Source: Elusimicrobiota bacterium
GTDB taxonomy: Bacteria; Elusimicrobiota; Elusimicrobia; UBA1565; UBA9628
Assembly: GCA_026388095.1 (NCBI GenBank)
Contig: JAPLKL010000051.1
Location: 73,713-137,712 of the forward strand
DNA length: 64,000 nucleotides
Direction of reading: 5' to 3'
Positions 39,010 to 49,036 of the stretch are shown piece after piece; within the stretch, counting starts at the first letter, position 1; every line of letters starts with the position of its first letter. A program made the translations under genes and the position numbers. Under the pieces are notes generated by a model, which searched no databases, was not told the origin of the DNA, and saw only the letters and a list, made by a program, of their open reading frames with translations.

Positions 39010-40401
39010 CTACTTGCGCTCTTGGAGCTTGGCGGTCGCGGGCTTTTGGAAGGTTACCGTTTTGAAAACCGACTCAAGCTTAAGCCCCTGCCTTTTGGCC
39101 AACGCCTCCAATTTCCTGGTCACAGTTTCAACGAACTCCACATCGGACATGTTGGTCAGGTTCACATGGAAATCCTGCCGGTCGCCGATCCTCGATAGAT
39201 ATTCCACTTCGTCGGCTATCCGGCCGGCCTTCTTCGCCCATTCATAGATTGGGGTCCCAGGCTGAGGCAGCAGGAACCCCACACTGGGATAGATATCGCA
39301 CTCTTCACAGATATCGAGGGTGAGTTGGATGGTCTCCGGGGTTTCCTGGGGATACCCGAAAATGACGCTGGCAAGGGGGACGACATCCCCCTTCCATAGC
39401 ACCTTTGCCTGCTCGATGAACTGGTCGACGCTCATCTTCTTTCCCATCGCAGCCAGGATCTCCGGGCTCCCGTTTTCCAGGGCAAACCCGATATGATTGC
39501 AGCCGGATTCCTTCATGGCTCTTATCAAATCCAAATGCTCTGCACGGAACAACCCCGCCCGGGCGTCCGCCCCCCATTGAATCTTGAAATCCAGGGCCTT
39601 TATCGCCTTCACCCTGGATTCAACACTCTTTAAGGTGGGGAACGTCAATTCATCCCAAAATGCGACGAAGTCACACCGGTACCTGTCGTGCAGTCTTTTG
39701 ATTTCCCCGACAATGGCCGGCTCCGAATACCTTCGGTATTTCTGACCCAGAAAAACGTGGTAGCAGAAGGTGCATTGAAAAGGGCACCCGCGCGCCGAAT
39801 TCAACGGAAAAGACACCACCTTGTCCCCGGAGAAGGAATTGGAATTGACATCGGAGTATCGGGCGTATTTCTCTAGGTTGAATATATCCCAGTCAGGAAA
39901 TCCGATGGTGTCCAAATCCGGGATGATGGCGCGCTTGCCCGTGAAATTGATCTTGCCGTCCTTCTTGAAAGCAATCCCCTTGACCTCAGAGATAGGCATG
40001 CGCCGTTCCAGAGCTCTCAACAAATCCACAATCGTGATATCGGCCTCGCCCAAAACCGCAATATCCACCTCCGTGTTCGTCAACAGCAGCTCCGGGATCG
40101 AGGTCGCTGCGGAATTGCCGCAGATGATGGTCGCATCAGGCCGGATCCGCCTTATCATCCGCGAGATCTGATCGACGTATCTGTACCCGGTGACGATGCA
40201 CCCGAATGCGTACACATCGTAATCCTCTCGACCCAACATGGCCTCCAACCCGTCCACGGAGATGTTGTCGACAGCCATGTCAAACAGGCCGAACTCAAGA
40301 CCTTGCTTTTTGACGGCGGTAAGGACATATCCCAGCCCGACCGGCAAGTGCTGCCTCTTGGCCTCAGGCCTTAACGCGATGTTGATGAAGGCGATCTTCA
40401 T
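39010..40401 (-). CDS. B12-binding radical SAM protein 3
   Basis: PVGLGYV, LGEAD, RGCPFQCTFC, GYPQET. Confidence 0.88.
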   Translation of the reverse strand: MKIAFINIALRPEAKRQHLPVGLGYVLTAVKKQGLEFGLFDMAVDNISVDGLEAMLGREDYDVYAFGCIVTGYRYVDQISRMIRRIRPDATIICGNSAATSIPELLLTNTEVDIAVLGEADITIVDLLRALERRMPISEVKGIAFKKDGKINFTGKRAIIPDLDTIGFPDWDIFNLEKYARYSDVNSNSFSGDKVVSFPLNSARGCPFQCTFCYHVFLGQKYRRYSEPAIVGEIKRLHDRYRCDFVAFWDELTFPTLKSVESRVKAIKALDFKIQWGADARAGLFRAEHLDLIRAMKESGCNHIGFALENGSPEILAAMGKKMSVDQFIEQAKVLWKGDVVPLASVIFGYPQETPETIQLTLDICEECDIYPSVGFLLPQPGTPIYEWAKKAGRIADEVEYLSRIGDRQDFHVNLTNMSDVEFVETVTRKLEALAKRQGLKLESVFKTVTFQKPATAKLQERK

Positions 40402-40417
40402 TTTGTTCCTCAGGAGA

Positions 40418-41098
40418 TCAGCGCAGCACCCTGATGGCCTGGAAAGCTTCCGCGTAAACAGTCCCGGTCTTGAACCCCCAGGTGGACGCGCAAGCCTTGA
40501 TCCCATCCAAGGATCTCGGATGCGGGGGCTCCCTCAATTCAGCCGAGTATTCCCGCATGGCCGCGAGCTTCTGCTTCATGGTCGCCGCGATGTCGTAGAA
40601 AACCTCGGGACAGAATGTGCAGGGATAAGCCCACTCGGTCGAAGATTGGACCTCAAAGGAATACAGTTCCCTCACCGGTTCGCTCGCAATGGGCCTCGTG
40701 GCGGTAAGGACCGCCTCGTAGGTCACCCGATGGTCGATGTTCAAATCCCCCGCATGGTGCGTGAACAGCAACTGCGGTTCGACCTCGGCCTTGACCTTCT
40801 CTATGGCCTTCACAATGTCCAGCAATGGCACTGTATCGAAACGGTTGTCCGGGAAGTCGAACGAGAAGCCCCTCTTGATGCCCAGGATTCGATTCGCATT
40901 CAAGGTCTGCTTCTTCAAATCTGATATTTCCCGAATCCTCTTGCTTCTGTGCCTGCGTTCATCCCTTGAGGTCGCGCCTTCGCCGAGAATCAGGCAGAAG
41001 GCCTCGTGTCCTTCCTTGACCAAGCGCGCAATCGTCCCCCCGCACCCGAGGACCTGATCATCCGGATGCGCCGCCACGACAAGTATTCTTCTGCTCAC
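40418..41098 (-). CDS. PIG-L family N-deacetylase
   Basis: AHPDDQVLGCGGT, DLNIDH, HPRS, YAEAF. Confidence 0.88.
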   Translation of the reverse strand: MSRRILVVAAHPDDQVLGCGGTIARLVKEGHEAFCLILGEGATSRDERRHRSKRIREISDLKKQTLNANRILGIKRGFSFDFPDNRFDTVPLLDIVKAIEKVKAEVEPQLLFTHHAGDLNIDHRVTYEAVLTATRPIASEPVRELYSFEVQSSTEWAYPCTFCPEVFYDIAATMKQKLAAMREYSAELREPPHPRSLDGIKACASTWGFKTGTVYAEAFQAIRVLR

Positions 41099-41766
41099 GC
41101 CGCCTCCTTCACTGCCACGAAATTCCAGCTCGCGAACACGTGCTCATCATGAGGGATTTCCTTCCTGACGACCTTGTGCTCCATGACCCGGATCCGAAAA
41201 CCGGAGAAAAGATCCACTATGTGTTTTTTATCGGAAAAATGGACGCAGCCTACGCCGGCGAATTGACCTTCCGCTATCCCGAAGCGTGTGTATTCGTCCT
41301 CCTGATGGGTCCCCTTCCGCGAGTCCGAATGCTGGGTCGAAAACCAATCGATCCCGATGAACTTCCCCCCTGGATTCAAGCGGGCGAGAATCATCTTCAA
41401 GGCGTTCTTGATCCCGGAAGTGGTCGCGTGGGTCAGCGACGAGCGGTCGACGATCAAATCGAACGAGCCCTCGAAAGGAATCTCCGCCGTAAAATCGCCC
41501 GTGACGATCCTGGCCTTGTAGTCGGGGAAGGCCTCCCAAAGTTTCCTGACAATGAATTCGCTACCTTCTATCGCGTAGTAGTCGACACCAAGATGCCGGA
41601 AGAAGGGGATATTGGCGCCCGCTCCACACCCCAACTCCAGGACCTTGAAGGAAGCGCCCTTGGGGGCAGCGTAGCGCCTCACGTAGGAAACCAAGTCCGA
41701 CCAAGGCCAGATGCTCATCTGGGTGTTCTCCCGATACCGGTCGTCCCACTCCTTCGAGAAACCCAT
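41095..41766 (-). CDS. class I SAM-dependent methyltransferase
   Basis: VLELGCGAGAN, FDLIVDR. Confidence 0.85.
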   Translation of the reverse strand: MGFSKEWDDRYRENTQMSIWPWSDLVSYVRRYAAPKGASFKVLELGCGAGANIPFFRHLGVDYYAIEGSEFIVRKLWEAFPDYKARIVTGDFTAEIPFEGSFDLIVDRSSLTHATTSGIKNALKMILARLNPGGKFIGIDWFSTQHSDSRKGTHQEDEYTRFGIAEGQFAGVGCVHFSDKKHIVDLFSGFRIRVMEHKVVRKEIPHDEHVFASWNFVAVKEAA

Positions 41767-41779
41767 GTCCCCTTTCTCC

Positions 41780-42532
41780 CTATTCGATTACGCAATAACT
41801 TCGGCATGGCTCGAAGGGGAGCTTTTGCAGACGGAACTTATTGATTCCCAAGGTCGCGGCCAGCGCCTCCGTCTCTCCCGGCCACTGAGGGTTATTAAGT
41901 TCGTCGAAAGCGATGATACCGCCTTTGGGGATCATGGGAAGAATCATCTGGAGAGCCTTCTTCGTGGGCTCATGGATGTCGAGGTCAAAATAGGCCAGGG
42001 AGACCACGAGGTGGCGGTTCTCTTTGAGGAACCGAGGCAAGGTCTCGTTGATGTCTCCTTTTACGAAGGAGATCTTCTCGACGTGATTTAGGAAACGGTT
42101 CTTATCGAACAGGGCGACATTCTCCGCCAATTCTTGGTCAAATCCCTTGGTGGTGTAGAAATCGCCCTTCTTCGGGCCGGTCTTCGAGCCGTGAATTGCG
42201 TCTTTCTCGCTGACCTCTGGGAAGCCTTCGAAGGTGTCGAATCCAATGATCCTGCGTTGATAGTTATAGGGCTCCAGAATCGCACTGAGTTGCGCGAACG
42301 AGAAGGCCCCACCTCCTCGGAAGACACCAAATTCCAGGATAGAACCATGAACGTCGAGGACCTTCTGAAAAATCTCGTACTTGTAGAGGAAGGTCGCCAG
42401 AGCCTGGCGGCTCACGAACCGGGGGAAATTGGCCAGCTTGTCCGTGAGAGAACCACTCGCCCTGTTGAAAAAAACATCCATCCCTTTAGCGTAGTCCAGT
42501 TCCTGGCTTGTCCTGTTGATGGTTTTGTTCAT
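41780..42532 (-). CDS. TylF/MycF-like O-methyltransferase family protein
   Basis: EFGVFRGG, GFDTFEGFP, FDLD, AFDE..WPGET. Confidence 0.8.
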   Translation of the reverse strand: MNKTINRTSQELDYAKGMDVFFNRASGSLTDKLANFPRFVSRQALATFLYKYEIFQKVLDVHGSILEFGVFRGGGAFSFAQLSAILEPYNYQRRIIGFDTFEGFPEVSEKDAIHGSKTGPKKGDFYTTKGFDQELAENVALFDKNRFLNHVEKISFVKGDINETLPRFLKENRHLVVSLAYFDLDIHEPTKKALQMILPMIPKGGIIAFDELNNPQWPGETEALAATLGINKFRLQKLPFEPCRSYCVIE

Positions 42533-43254
42533 TGGCCCTCCCAGATGTCCGGCAATTCGCACTTGGCGATGTTCCCACTCATCAAGATATCAAAACTGCT
42601 GTCGCCGCAATTGAACAACAGGTCGATGATGCTCATATATGGGACGAAGTCGCCGTGCAGTTGAGGATAAACGGGGTGCTTGTAGTCTTGGAAGTAGATC
42701 TTGATGCCCGCAGGGGAGAACTCGTCCTCCTTAGCGTAATCCTTGCCAAGGATCCCGAAGATGTACAGGTCCGCGTGCATCTTTCTGCACATATCTAGGA
42801 CGAGGCCGGATTTATGGCCCTCGAAGTGGAGATCCGAAGCCTTGTGGAAATGGGCCTTGATTCCCAGCTCCTTTAGGAACCACTTCAGCATTGCCTCGTT
42901 TAAATCCGTCAGATATTTCCAGTCGGTCCTATAAACCTCCTCGAAGTAATCAGCGTACCTGCTGAAGTAGGGGGCCTTCTTGTAGTTCAGATGGATCGAC
43001 TTCCAGTGCTTTCTCCGCCAATCTGATGAATTGTCAATCTCAATTTCACGTATGGGCTTCTCTCGATGTCCGGTTGATAGGACCGGGACTGTGAGCCATA
43101 TCGGGCCACTCGCAGTCTTGATCTGGTTCCTGCTGTTCCAGTCCCTTTTCAGGTATTGGACATCATCAAAACTGCAGAATGCATCGCTGAGGGCAATCTT
43201 GTGGAACAACCCGAGCCAAGGCAGATAGACCGGCTGATGGGCAGTAAGAATCAT
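42529..43254 (-). CDS. WbqC family protein (putative glycyl/aminoacyl transferase)
   Basis: HQPVYLPWLG, WNSRNQIK, WLTVP, YPQ..SIIDLLFNCG. Confidence 0.9.
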   Translation of the reverse strand: MILTAHQPVYLPWLGLFHKIALSDAFCSFDDVQYLKRDWNSRNQIKTASGPIWLTVPVLSTGHREKPIREIEIDNSSDWRRKHWKSIHLNYKKAPYFSRYADYFEEVYRTDWKYLTDLNEAMLKWFLKELGIKAHFHKASDLHFEGHKSGLVLDMCRKMHADLYIFGILGKDYAKEDEFSPAGIKIYFQDYKHPVYPQLHGDFVPYMSIIDLLFNCGDSSFDILMSGNIAKCELPDIWEGQ

Positions 43255-43255
43255 G

Positions 43256-44281
43256 TCAGTTCTTTCCAATCGCCGCGATGACTCGCTCGACCGCCTCGTC
43301 CGGCAGTGACGGATAGATTGGCAAAGAGACCGTCATCCTGGTCAGTCCCAGAGCTTTAGGAAGCGAATCAGGCCGGCCAAGCAGTTCCCAGTCATTGATC
43401 GGCACGATGGCTCCGATGCCGACTTCCTCGAGGGATTTTAATGTCCTCTCAGGAGACTCGGTCTTCAGCACCGCTCGGTATCTGGCAGGAGACAGACGCT
43501 GGGGACCCCGAGATGGCACATCCAGCAGTTCCATCCCAGAACGCCTATACTTGTCGAAAATCCGGGCCCTTGCATCCAGAAATCCGGGGAGCCTGCTCAA
43601 CTGCACCCTTCCGATGGCCGCCTGCAAATCCGTCATCTGAAAATTGAACCGAGCCTTGGCATCTCGCCGGCAGTCGAATTGACGGTAGTCCCTGACGGCA
43701 TCGGCCAACGTGCGGGTCTTTGAAACAATCATCCCACCTTGTCCCCCGCTGGTGATGAGCTTGGTCGCATAGAATGAAAATATCCCGATTTCTCCGCGCA
43801 ATCCGACCGGCGCACCGTCCACGGATGCCCCTAAAGCCTGGGCGCAGTCTTCAATGACCGGAATTTTTACAACTGAGACATCCGCTGGCAAACCATACAT
43901 ATGCGCAATGATGGCGATGTCCGCGGTGATGGAGTTGATGGCTTTCACATCGATGTTGGGGGAACCATCGGCGATGTCTGCAATCACCTCATGCCCCCCC
44001 GCCATGGCCGTAGCATGCCGCAACGCCGAGCAGCAATAGGCGGGGAAGAGGATCTTCTTGCCCCGGGCATCCAGAACCCACAACGCCAAGAACAAAGCTG
44101 CGGTGCCGCTCGACAAGGCCACAGCATGCCCGGCCGGCAATCCCAGGAACGCGCAAAACTCATCCTCTAATGCCTCGACTTCCTTGCCCTGTGCCACCCA
44201 ACCGGACTCCAACACTCTGGCGGCAGCGCATGACTCTTCCGTGCCCAGGGTCGGCCTGTTATGAGGAATATCAATCATCAT
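43256..44281 (-). CDS. DegT/DnrJ/EryC1/StrS aminotransferase (PseC-like role)
   Basis: SSGTAAL, EDCAQALG, SFYATKLITSGGQGG, SLPIYP. Confidence 0.9.
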   Translation of the reverse strand: MMIDIPHNRPTLGTEESCAAARVLESGWVAQGKEVEALEDEFCAFLGLPAGHAVALSSGTAALFLALWVLDARGKKILFPAYCCSALRHATAMAGGHEVIADIADGSPNIDVKAINSITADIAIIAHMYGLPADVSVVKIPVIEDCAQALGASVDGAPVGLRGEIGIFSFYATKLITSGGQGGMIVSKTRTLADAVRDYRQFDCRRDAKARFNFQMTDLQAAIGRVQLSRLPGFLDARARIFDKYRRSGMELLDVPSRGPQRLSPARYRAVLKTESPERTLKSLEEVGIGAIVPINDWELLGRPDSLPKALGLTRMTVSLPIYPSLPDEAVERVIAAIGKN

Positions 44282-44969
44282 GATGACTTGTGGGTTGCCC
44301 GGGATAGAATGTGATTTCTAGGTCGTCCGGAAATTCGGGACGCACTGCCGGCTCCGCACGGAGATTGAATGTGGTCTCGCCGCAGACCAGAAAGGCAGGA
44401 TGTCTTTTTTCGCATGCCCGCAGCAGCTTGATGACATCCCGCACTTTCATATCCGGGCGGAGCCTGTTGTCTGCTGGGGTCCTCCGGGGGCGGTAAGTGC
44501 CTCGGCCCGTCTGTTTCATCCCGGTGATGGGCCTACCGACGAATCGGTCAAGGATCGCCCTCATCAATCTGGCGGTAATCTCGATATCCCAAACTCTCAG
44601 GATGTCCGCTGTATAGCCGTCCTTCATACCGAACTTGGCTTTCACAACGATATCTCCGGCATCGATCTCATCCGATGCCAGCATCCCTGACACGGTGTAA
44701 TGCTCCAGTCCTTCCATGATTGTGTGGAAAATGGGCGCCCAACCCTTCCCGCTCGGAAGATCCGAGCTGTGGAACACGACGACGTTAGTGTTTTTGGTGA
44801 GGTTTGGGATCTTCTTCCGATAGCACCAGGGCACTATCAAGTCATACTCCGCCCGATTCTCCGGTAGAATATCCCCGATCGAAATGACCGCATCGCCCAG
44901 ATACCTCTTCAGCGTATCGCTAAAGGTGTATTCATCGAGCGTATTCAGCAATATAAAGACCTTTCTCAT
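44271..44969 (-). CDS. formyltransferase (Fmt-like sugar N-formyltransferase)
   Basis: FHSSDLPSGKGWAP, IDAGDI. Confidence 0.8.
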   Translation of the reverse strand: MRKVFILLNTLDEYTFSDTLKRYLGDAVISIGDILPENRAEYDLIVPWCYRKKIPNLTKNTNVVVFHSSDLPSGKGWAPIFHTIMEGLEHYTVSGMLASDEIDAGDIVVKAKFGMKDGYTADILRVWDIEITARLMRAILDRFVGRPITGMKQTGRGTYRPRRTPADNRLRPDMKVRDVIKLLRACEKRHPAFLVCGETTFNLRAEPAVRPEFPDDLEITFYPGQPTSHHDD

Positions 44970-46012
44970 GCGCCGATGGGGCTCCCTTTTGCATAGACCC
45001 GTCTTGCACGTTTCCCAATCAGTGATTCGAAACGGTTCGGAAGAAGCCCCCTCCCTCCGGGAATCCGCCGCATCCCGATGTTCTCGTCGCAAAATGCCTC
45101 CCCCCCCGAGATATCCTTCAGGGCCACGACAATTCGTTGGAACTCTCGCTTATTGGCCCTTTCAGTTTTCGTGGGCTTGACGATGCCGTCTCCCAGCATC
45201 GAGAAGGAATCTCGGATCGCCTTGACCCACACGGCAAGGCCCTGCTGGTCCGCGGAGAACCAATGGTCGGGCCCGGGCAGGTCGTGGTCCAAGGTAAAAT
45301 GCTTCTCTAGGAAGCAGGCGCCCAGCGCGACGGCCAGGGAGGACGCCAGAGGACCTTGGGTGTGGTCAGAATAACCTATCAGGATCCTCGGGAAAGCCTT
45401 TGCCAGCGTCCGAATCCGTAGCAGGTTGGCGTCGCAAAGAGGCGTCGGATATTGTGATGTGCAAACCAAGAGTATCGTGGGACATCCCCTCATCGCCCCC
45501 ACCGCGTCCAAGGATTGCCGGACCTCCGCCATATCCGACATCCCGCAAGACAGGATGATAGGCAGGCCGGTTTTGGCATAGGTTTTGAGCAGCGGGATAT
45601 TCGTAAAATCGTCCGACCCGACCTTGATGGCTTTCACTCCGAGCCCCAGAAGAACACCGAGGTCAGAAGGATTCTGGGGTGTAGACAAGAACATGATGCC
45701 TGCCGCGTCGCATTCCCTCTTGAGCGCTTTCCATTGACCCACCGAGAATTCGTATCTCTTGAACATCTTTAACATGGACTCGGTGACCTTCCGGCCCTGA
45801 GAACGATAGGTAAACATCTGCCGAGGGTCGGCGACGAACTCCTCGGCCTTGAAGGTCTGGAACTTGATGGCATCGGCGCCCGCCTTCTTTGCTACCCAGA
45901 TCATTCGGAAGGCCTTTGCAAGCTCGCCGTTATGATTGATGCCGGCTTCGGCGACGACAAAGGGCATCCCATAATTGGCGATCATGAACCTGCCAATCTT
46001 GACGCCACTCAT
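44966..46012 (-). CDS. nonulosonic acid synthase (NeuB/PseI family, SAF domain)
   Basis: AEAGINHNG, KFQTF, GYSDHT, EKHFTLD, GPDH. Confidence 0.93.
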   Translation of the reverse strand: MSGVKIGRFMIANYGMPFVVAEAGINHNGELAKAFRMIWVAKKAGADAIKFQTFKAEEFVADPRQMFTYRSQGRKVTESMLKMFKRYEFSVGQWKALKRECDAAGIMFLSTPQNPSDLGVLLGLGVKAIKVGSDDFTNIPLLKTYAKTGLPIILSCGMSDMAEVRQSLDAVGAMRGCPTILLVCTSQYPTPLCDANLLRIRTLAKAFPRILIGYSDHTQGPLASSLAVALGACFLEKHFTLDHDLPGPDHWFSADQQGLAVWVKAIRDSFSMLGDGIVKPTKTERANKREFQRIVVALKDISGGEAFCDENIGMRRIPGGRGLLPNRFESLIGKRARRVYAKGSPIGA

Positions 46013-47025
46013 GACGGCAGCCCCTGGGCGCGCGTCCGCGCGAGAGACAGCAGTCGGTTGACCAACCGACGGGCACCTTCACCGTCCATGGACCCCCTCC
46101 CAATCCGATTTCTTTCCGATCTGCTCGTCTGGCTCTGCAAAAGTTGAAACCCGGTCAAAACGGACTTGGCTAAACCTGCATCTACGCAACGGCCCGCATA
46201 GAAGATGAACCCCGTCTTCTCCCAGCCCCGAACATTGTTGAGTTGGTTATCGGCCTCGGCGATAGCGATGGTCGGAAGCCCCACTCTGGCTAGTTCATAC
46301 AGAGTCTGTCCGCCGGATGAAATCGCCAGATCCGAGACAAGCATGAGTTCCCTCATCCCGTCCGCGTCAGGAGTGTGGTAGAACTCGGTGTTCGGGTCGC
46401 CAGCCCTCTCGATCTCGGATATGTTCTTGAACCACTTGCCGATGACGACTCTCTTGCGGGCATCCGGAGCGTGTTCCGCCAAGCATCCCAGGGTCATGGG
46501 CGTCAGACCGGCCGAATCCGACCCGCCAAAGGTGACCATGATGTTCCGGACCTGCTCCCTGGGGCGCAAGGGCGGGACTTCCCAGAACTCGTGGCGCAGG
46601 GGGAAATACCGGACTCCCAGCAGATACTCGACATCGCGGCGTTGCGGGTAATCCAGTCCCTCCGCTAGGATGGCCCCGTTGACCACCACGCCGGCGGGAT
46701 AGCTGAGACGCAGGCAATCATCAAGATAGACCGGTAGCCGCGCCATTCGCGAGACATCGGTATAGAAACCCGGGCCCGCCAGATAGGAATCAATCAAGGC
46801 GATATCCGCATCCTCAAGCGACTGCGCGAGTTGTTCCGGCCCATGCAGCCAATCCTGCACTCGGAAACCATCATCTTCCGCCATGCGGGACAACTCCTTA
46901 TCCCCATTGACTATCAGTTCCGGAGTCACTCCCTGCTCCGCGAAGGCCGCACGAATCGCCATGCAGCGACTGACATGCCCAAATCCGATGTCTCCTCCAC
47001 CCTCGGTGATGATGAGCACCTTCAT
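46009..47025 (-). CDS. pseG: UDP-diacetamido-trideoxy-hexose hydrolase, PseG/SpsG-like
   Basis: IGFGHVSRC, IDSY, FGGSD, GQTLYE, ADNQ. Confidence 0.82.
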   Translation of the reverse strand: MKVLIITEGGGDIGFGHVSRCMAIRAAFAEQGVTPELIVNGDKELSRMAEDDGFRVQDWLHGPEQLAQSLEDADIALIDSYLAGPGFYTDVSRMARLPVYLDDCLRLSYPAGVVVNGAILAEGLDYPQRRDVEYLLGVRYFPLRHEFWEVPPLRPREQVRNIMVTFGGSDSAGLTPMTLGCLAEHAPDARKRVVIGKWFKNISEIERAGDPNTEFYHTPDADGMRELMLVSDLAISSGGQTLYELARVGLPTIAIAEADNQLNNVRGWEKTGFIFYAGRCVDAGLAKSVLTGFQLLQSQTSRSERNRIGRGSMDGEGARRLVNRLLSLARTRAQGLPS

Positions 47026-47027
47026 CT

Positions 47028-47858
47028 TTAGGGCCGGTGTCGCTTCAGGAGCCGAGCCGCCTCGGGGAAACCATACAGCTTAAGGAATCTTGCCGCCTCG
47101 CGGATTTCATGCCGGACGCTCTTTATGGCAATCTTTTGATAAGTCCCGGCGTTTATCGACGAAAGCCATGGATGCATCCCGAAAAGACGGACTATTTCCC
47201 GGGCGTCAAAGTATCTGTTTTTCGGATAAAGATAGTCATAGACCGCGCAAAGCAGAAGATAATCCTCCTCCGTATCCAGCGTAATCCTTATTCCCGGCCG
47301 GCGGAGCGTCTTGCCGGCCTTGACCACCCCTATTTTGAACCGTTCGGGGTGGCTTTCTTGCATATAGACCGTGACATGCTCTCTTTCACAATCCTTGCGT
47401 GCATTTCGGAAAGCGGTTTCCAACGCAACGGACGAACAAACTTCCACGTCCAACCCATGCGCAAAAAACTGATTATAGGTGTAATCGCATGAACCGCGTA
47501 TGTGCCGACTAATCACCGCGTCGATTATCTGCGGATCGATGCATGGACAATCCGAGGTTATCCGGACTATCACATCGAGCCCGTTTTCTTGGGCGGCCAA
47601 ATGGTATCTGCTCAGAACGTCATCCCGGCTGCCCCTGAAAAACCGCGCCCCTTCCTTTTGGGCTATCTTCACGATGGGATCATCTTCTTTCCCTTCAGTC
47701 GTTGCGATGATAATCGCATCCGCCTTCTTCGACTTCTTTGCCCGGCGAATGACCTGCTCCAATACAGTGATCCCGCTGCCGAACGGAAGGTCTTTGAGGA
47801 CTTTCCCCGGCAGCCTGGTGGAGGAAGTCCTTGCCTGTATGATAATTCCTGTCTTCAT
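47028..47858 (-). CDS. CMP-nonulosonate synthetase (SpsF/PseF-like cytidylyltransferase)
   Basis: IQARTSSTRLPGKVL, DVLSRY, RITSDCP, REHVT, TLDTEED. Confidence 0.88.
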   Translation of the reverse strand: MKTGIIIQARTSSTRLPGKVLKDLPFGSGITVLEQVIRRAKKSKKADAIIIATTEGKEDDPIVKIAQKEGARFFRGSRDDVLSRYHLAAQENGLDVIVRITSDCPCIDPQIIDAVISRHIRGSCDYTYNQFFAHGLDVEVCSSVALETAFRNARKDCEREHVTVYMQESHPERFKIGVVKAGKTLRRPGIRITLDTEEDYLLLCAVYDYLYPKNRYFDAREIVRLFGMHPWLSSINAGTYQKIAIKSVRHEIREAARFLKLYGFPEAARLLKRHRP

Positions 47859-48071
47859 ATTGGTTGCTTGGTTGCAAGCCTTAGTATAGCGCTTTCAGTG
47901 GCGCCGGCCCTTGTTCGTGAGCACACTCATCCCTGATTCAGGGGCTCAATCCGGCGGCGTTTTTGTATTATAACCTTTGCTAGCCCCCCACAGGGGCTTG
48001 GGCAAGATGGTTGCCTGCGATAATTCCCTTCATATGTTTCGCGGGGTCCCGCTTCGTGGTCCTCAGCACAC

Positions 48072-49031
48072 ATGAACGAAAATAGCTTTTTCGAGAGAAA
48101 TACCAAAACCACGATCATCGGGTTTCTGGCTGTAGCAATCATCTGTTCCGTCGTTGCAACGGAGCTGATTTTGAGACGTTTCATGGGCCTTGGCAATCCA
48201 CCGTTATATGACTCATCGCCATTTTACGGATACAGGCTCTTGCCTAATCAGAAAATCAAGAGGTTCCATGGAGCCGAAATCAAGGTCAACAACCTGGGAT
48301 TGCGGGCACAAGCCGATTGGCAAGGAGATGTGAAGAACAAAGTCCTATTCTTGGGAGATTCTGTTGCCTATGGCGGGAGCTATATCGACAATTCGGAATT
48401 GTTTGCTGTTTTGGCGGTCGGCACAATAGCTGGTCATGTCGGTGGAGATGCGGGCGTCAATGGATGGGGCATTGAGAACATCCATGGCTTGGTGGTTGGA
48501 ACACATTTCACTCCTGCGAGTACATACGTGACAGTTGTGACTGAGGGCGATTTCTATCGCGGGTTGACGAGGATGAGCGGTTTGCCATTTTTCAACAAGA
48601 AACCGACATGCGCGCTAGAAGAAGTAATCCTATTCCTGACGAACGAAATTGATAATAATAGAAGATATGTTGAATGGCAATCCTTCGCAAGCCAGCATGA
48701 GCAAGAAGCTGTCGTTGAAAAAGCCGTCATTAAGCTCCAGGAAATGGATGAGTTTTTGAAGAAGAGGAAATCCAAGCATCTGATATTCATTTCCCCGAGT
48801 CGAGCCCAGGTGCTGCACGGCGATTCGAAAGAACCTTTGGTAAGACAAATGCTGGAAAAACATGGGATCAAAACGATTTATATATTGGACAAGCTTGCGA
48901 AAATGCCTGCTGTCCGACAGGCGGCCATCTTTTATGATTCGATTCATTTGACGAAGGAGGGCCATCGGGTCTGGGCGGATATCATAGGGCTGGAGTTGCG
49001 AGAAGTGCTTAACCCCCGGGGTTCTCCTTAG
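48072..49031 (+). CDS. membrane-anchored SGNH/GDSL hydrolase-like protein (possible O-acyl modification)
   Basis: N-terminal TM, NNLGLR, LGDS, DSIHLTKEGH. Confidence 0.75.
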   Translation: MNENSFFERNTKTTIIGFLAVAIICSVVATELILRRFMGLGNPPLYDSSPFYGYRLLPNQKIKRFHGAEIKVNNLGLRAQADWQGDVKNKVLFLGDSVAYGGSYIDNSELFAVLAVGTIAGHVGGDAGVNGWGIENIHGLVVGTHFTPASTYVTVVTEGDFYRGLTRMSGLPFFNKKPTCALEEVILFLTNEIDNNRRYVEWQSFASQHEQEAVVEKAVIKLQEMDEFLKKRKSKHLIFISPSRAQVLHGDSKEPLVRQMLEKHGIKTIYILDKLAKMPAVRQAAIFYDSIHLTKEGHRVWADIIGLELREVLNPRGSP

Positions 49032-49036
49032 CCCCG

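Noticed and set aside
41050-41070. HPDDQ instead of HPDDE in the second PIG-L protein
   Set aside because: The metal-binding His/Asp residues are retained and this position varies (HFDDA in the other copy)
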